Source of the DNA: Octopus bimaculoides
Lineage: Eukaryota
Length of the DNA: 64,000 nucleotides
NCBI RefSeq assembly: GCF_001194135.2
Contig: NC_068993.1
Span: forward strand, 55,887,335 to 55,951,334
Direction of reading: 5' to 3'
Part shown: positions 61,402 to 64,000 of the stretch, in pieces
How positions within the stretch are numbered: position 1 is the first letter of the stretch
How the letters are laid out: every line of letters begins with the position of its first letter
Made by a program: the position numbers and the translations under genes
Notes under the pieces: generated by a model
Databases searched by the model: none
The model's input: the letters and a program-made list of their open reading frames with translations, nothing else
What the model was told of the DNA's origin: nothing

Positions 61402-61575
61402 CTAAAACAGAGCATGGAAAACAGACGTTAACTGATGATGATGATGATGTGTGTGTGTGTGTGTGCGTATGTATATATATATATATATAGTTCAAAAAAA
61501 GGAAAAAGACAAAAAACAACGTGAGGACGTGATACAGATTGTGTTACTAGACGCTCGGGAAAGGAAAGAAAGAGA

Positions 61576-61608
<33 letters not shown>

Positions 61609-61633
61609 TATATACATATATAAATGAAATTTG

Positions 61634-61763
61634 GATAAATTTTCAGATTAACACCCGCACGATTTTCACTAGGGTGTTAGAGTTAGGGTCAGGTAATTCC
61701 GTCCCTAACCCTGACCTTAAAACCCTAGTGAAGATCGTGCGGGTGTTAATCTGAAAATTTACC
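61634..61763. mobile_element. 130-bp fold-back Merlin-like MITE
   Basis: Near-total palindrome, 8-bp TSD GAAATTTG, TTAGGG/CCCTAA core; right half resembles 20820-20890. Confidence 0.8.
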
Positions 61764-64000
61764 GAAATTTGTGTGGTTACTCAAATTGCTAAAGATAGTA
61801 GCCAAATCTGTTAGACTAAATAACAAACGTGCAGGCCATGATTAGAACACCTTTGATCACAGCTAACCTGGGGCTAAAGAATATCTGCACACTACGACGA
61901 AGAGAATTTGAGTTGTTCATCCATTGACGGATAAGAGAAGTAAAAAAGAAAGATCGATATCTGATGTATAACATTTTACTTTCATTTGGACTGAAATATA
62001 GAGAATTTATTGGTGTTTTAAAGTAGGTAATACTGAAATTTATTTTATCATTGACTCTCGAAAGTGGAAGGACAAAACCCACGGAGAAATATATAGCCTC
62101 CTCGTGGAGTGTGGTGAGAACAAAGCGAAGGACTAAACACATTATAGAATTTAGATTGGTCTTTTTCGTTTCTGTGGTCAATCAACTCCGACTCGGTCGA
62201 TTTTACAATCTTCCGGGGTTGATACATTAAGTAACATACATTCGTATTTTATCGTTCAAAAGTCGATGAAATAACGATCTTCACCGCGTTACTGGGTGGA
62301 TATTTTCGCTTATCTATAACGAGAAGATTATATTGTCGTTTCTTCCTGCCTAGAAAAGTAGTCAAGCAAGGTTGTTGAACAAAATAGAACTCGCCATTCA
62401 GAAACTAGTTTGAAAATTGGTTCCCGGAAATGTTTTCCCTTTCTGTTCAATTTCTTAAATTAGAATACAAAATAACCACATAGGAATATTCAACGTTCTG
62501 AAATTAATGAAATAGTTGTTTAAAGGATACAATACAGACTAATTAATAAAAAAAGGAGTGGCGTGGTAACGAGGAATAATTTTGACTTTATTTAAATGAA
62601 TAATATATTACTTTTAATTATCAACCTGAATCTATATAGATTAGACAGGTTGTTGTTTAACGAGAAAACAGTTTGATTCTGCAGGACAATGGTAAGGACA
62701 TTCCAGCCATGACCATACAGTGTATTCAGGACATTATCGGTGTCCTTCGTTTTCCCTTTTAAGACTGTTGTGTGTGATTCCAAGGATATTTAGCAACTAT
62801 TTCTTTCAAATCGAGTGACCATATAAAGATTGATCCGTGATAGAGGCTTCTTTTTTTTTTTTTTTGAGGTTAATGTAATTAATGAGAGTAAATGAGAAGT
62901 TACAGGTGAGAGCGATGAATATGAGGAAGAGGTCATTTGAGGTTTGTAGGTAACAGTTTGAAAGTCAAGATTAACAGACCGGAGATATACCTCCAAATAT
63001 GAATTAGAAGCAGCGCTAGTACACACACACTAACCATTAAGCACATCAACATGAAAATAGCATGGCATTTAGATAGATTACTTACGGTGTTTGGTGATGG
63101 CGTGTCTCAGAGGCAACAGACAACGAGTTTAACCTTCACTGCAGAAGGAAGACACAAGCTATCCCAGAATACACCCCTATAAAGCGAGGTAACCGAATAT
63201 TAAATATAAACTTCCGGCAAGGGAAATAACTCTTACGTAATTTCAATAGCAGCCAAGGGAGACTACTGGTAGTCAACAGAGCCCGTGAGATGACCTCTTC
63301 GAAGGCATTTGAGTTACTAGAAACAGCAACCAAATGTATCCCAAATTAAGCTACATTGCTTAAAAACGGTCGAGGATATATTAAACTATATGAGAACTGT
63401 CTGCTGAATCAAGACTAACCTTAAAAAAACTAAAAAACTAAAACTTAAAAAACTAACAGTTAAAAAAAGCAATTGATTGACCAAAAAACCTGGTGTTAAA
63501 TAATAACATCTCTTATATATAAATCGAAGCGGAAGTCTGAATCAATGTGCGTGCTTTAGTGGGGTCGCTGGCTCTACTAGAAATAGCAGCGTAATATTCT
63601 TCAATCTACAAAAAAACAAAAAAAAAGACACATTGAATAATGCCGTCCTAGGGATACAGCACGTTTGAATAAAAGACAGAGTAATCATGCCCGGAATGTC
63701 TTTGATCGAAGGTTTGCTGTTATTAGATCTGTTATGACTGCAGTCACAACTGTATAGCTAAGTGATTTCACATTCGATCCCACGCACGGGTCTCCAGTAG
63801 ATAGAGTCTTGTTAGTGAAACTTGGTAGATGAAAACTGCGTGGAAGTCCGCTTGAAGACCAGGGCCGTCTTAGCAGAATTATAAACCTCTGGACAAATCA
63901 ATGCACTTGGTCTCATAGAATTTATTTATTGACAGCAAGCGGGCACATACATAGATCAGAATTTCCCCTGAGACCAGGGCAACTGCTTAGTATGAGCCAG

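Overview
AT-rich, repeat-dense animal genomic DNA, most likely an octopus/coleoid cephalopod (inferred from the SINE/RTE families; species not provable here), with five N-gaps. Gene order: last exon of Mind bomb 1 (MIB1, +, stop 539); a complete NUP153 (-, ATG 34680, stop 6809, at least 27 coding exons, about 1630 codons, five RanBP2-type zinc fingers each in its own phase-1/phase-1 exon, FG region, C-terminal basic motif); an unrecognised multi-exon + strand gene (about 40830-57192, 265-320 aa) absent from the ORF track as a unit; and COX6C (-, 86 aa, intron 15 nt after the stop). Introns and spacers hold tRNA-derived SINEs, RTE, L2/CR1-like, CRE-clade and Penelope-like remnants, mariner remnants, and GG...CC MITEs with 8-bp TSDs that all carry inverted TTAGGG arrays. 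Best leads: a 10x perfect tandem array of a 5' splice-site consensus in the COX6C 3'UTR intron; the uncharacterised gene; the exon-per-finger NUP153 cassette with weak GTT donors; a NUP153 frame break that an 8-nt microexon would repair; and the telomere-repeat MITEs. All exon calls come from manual splice-site and phase reading, and homologies are from memory; no searches were run.
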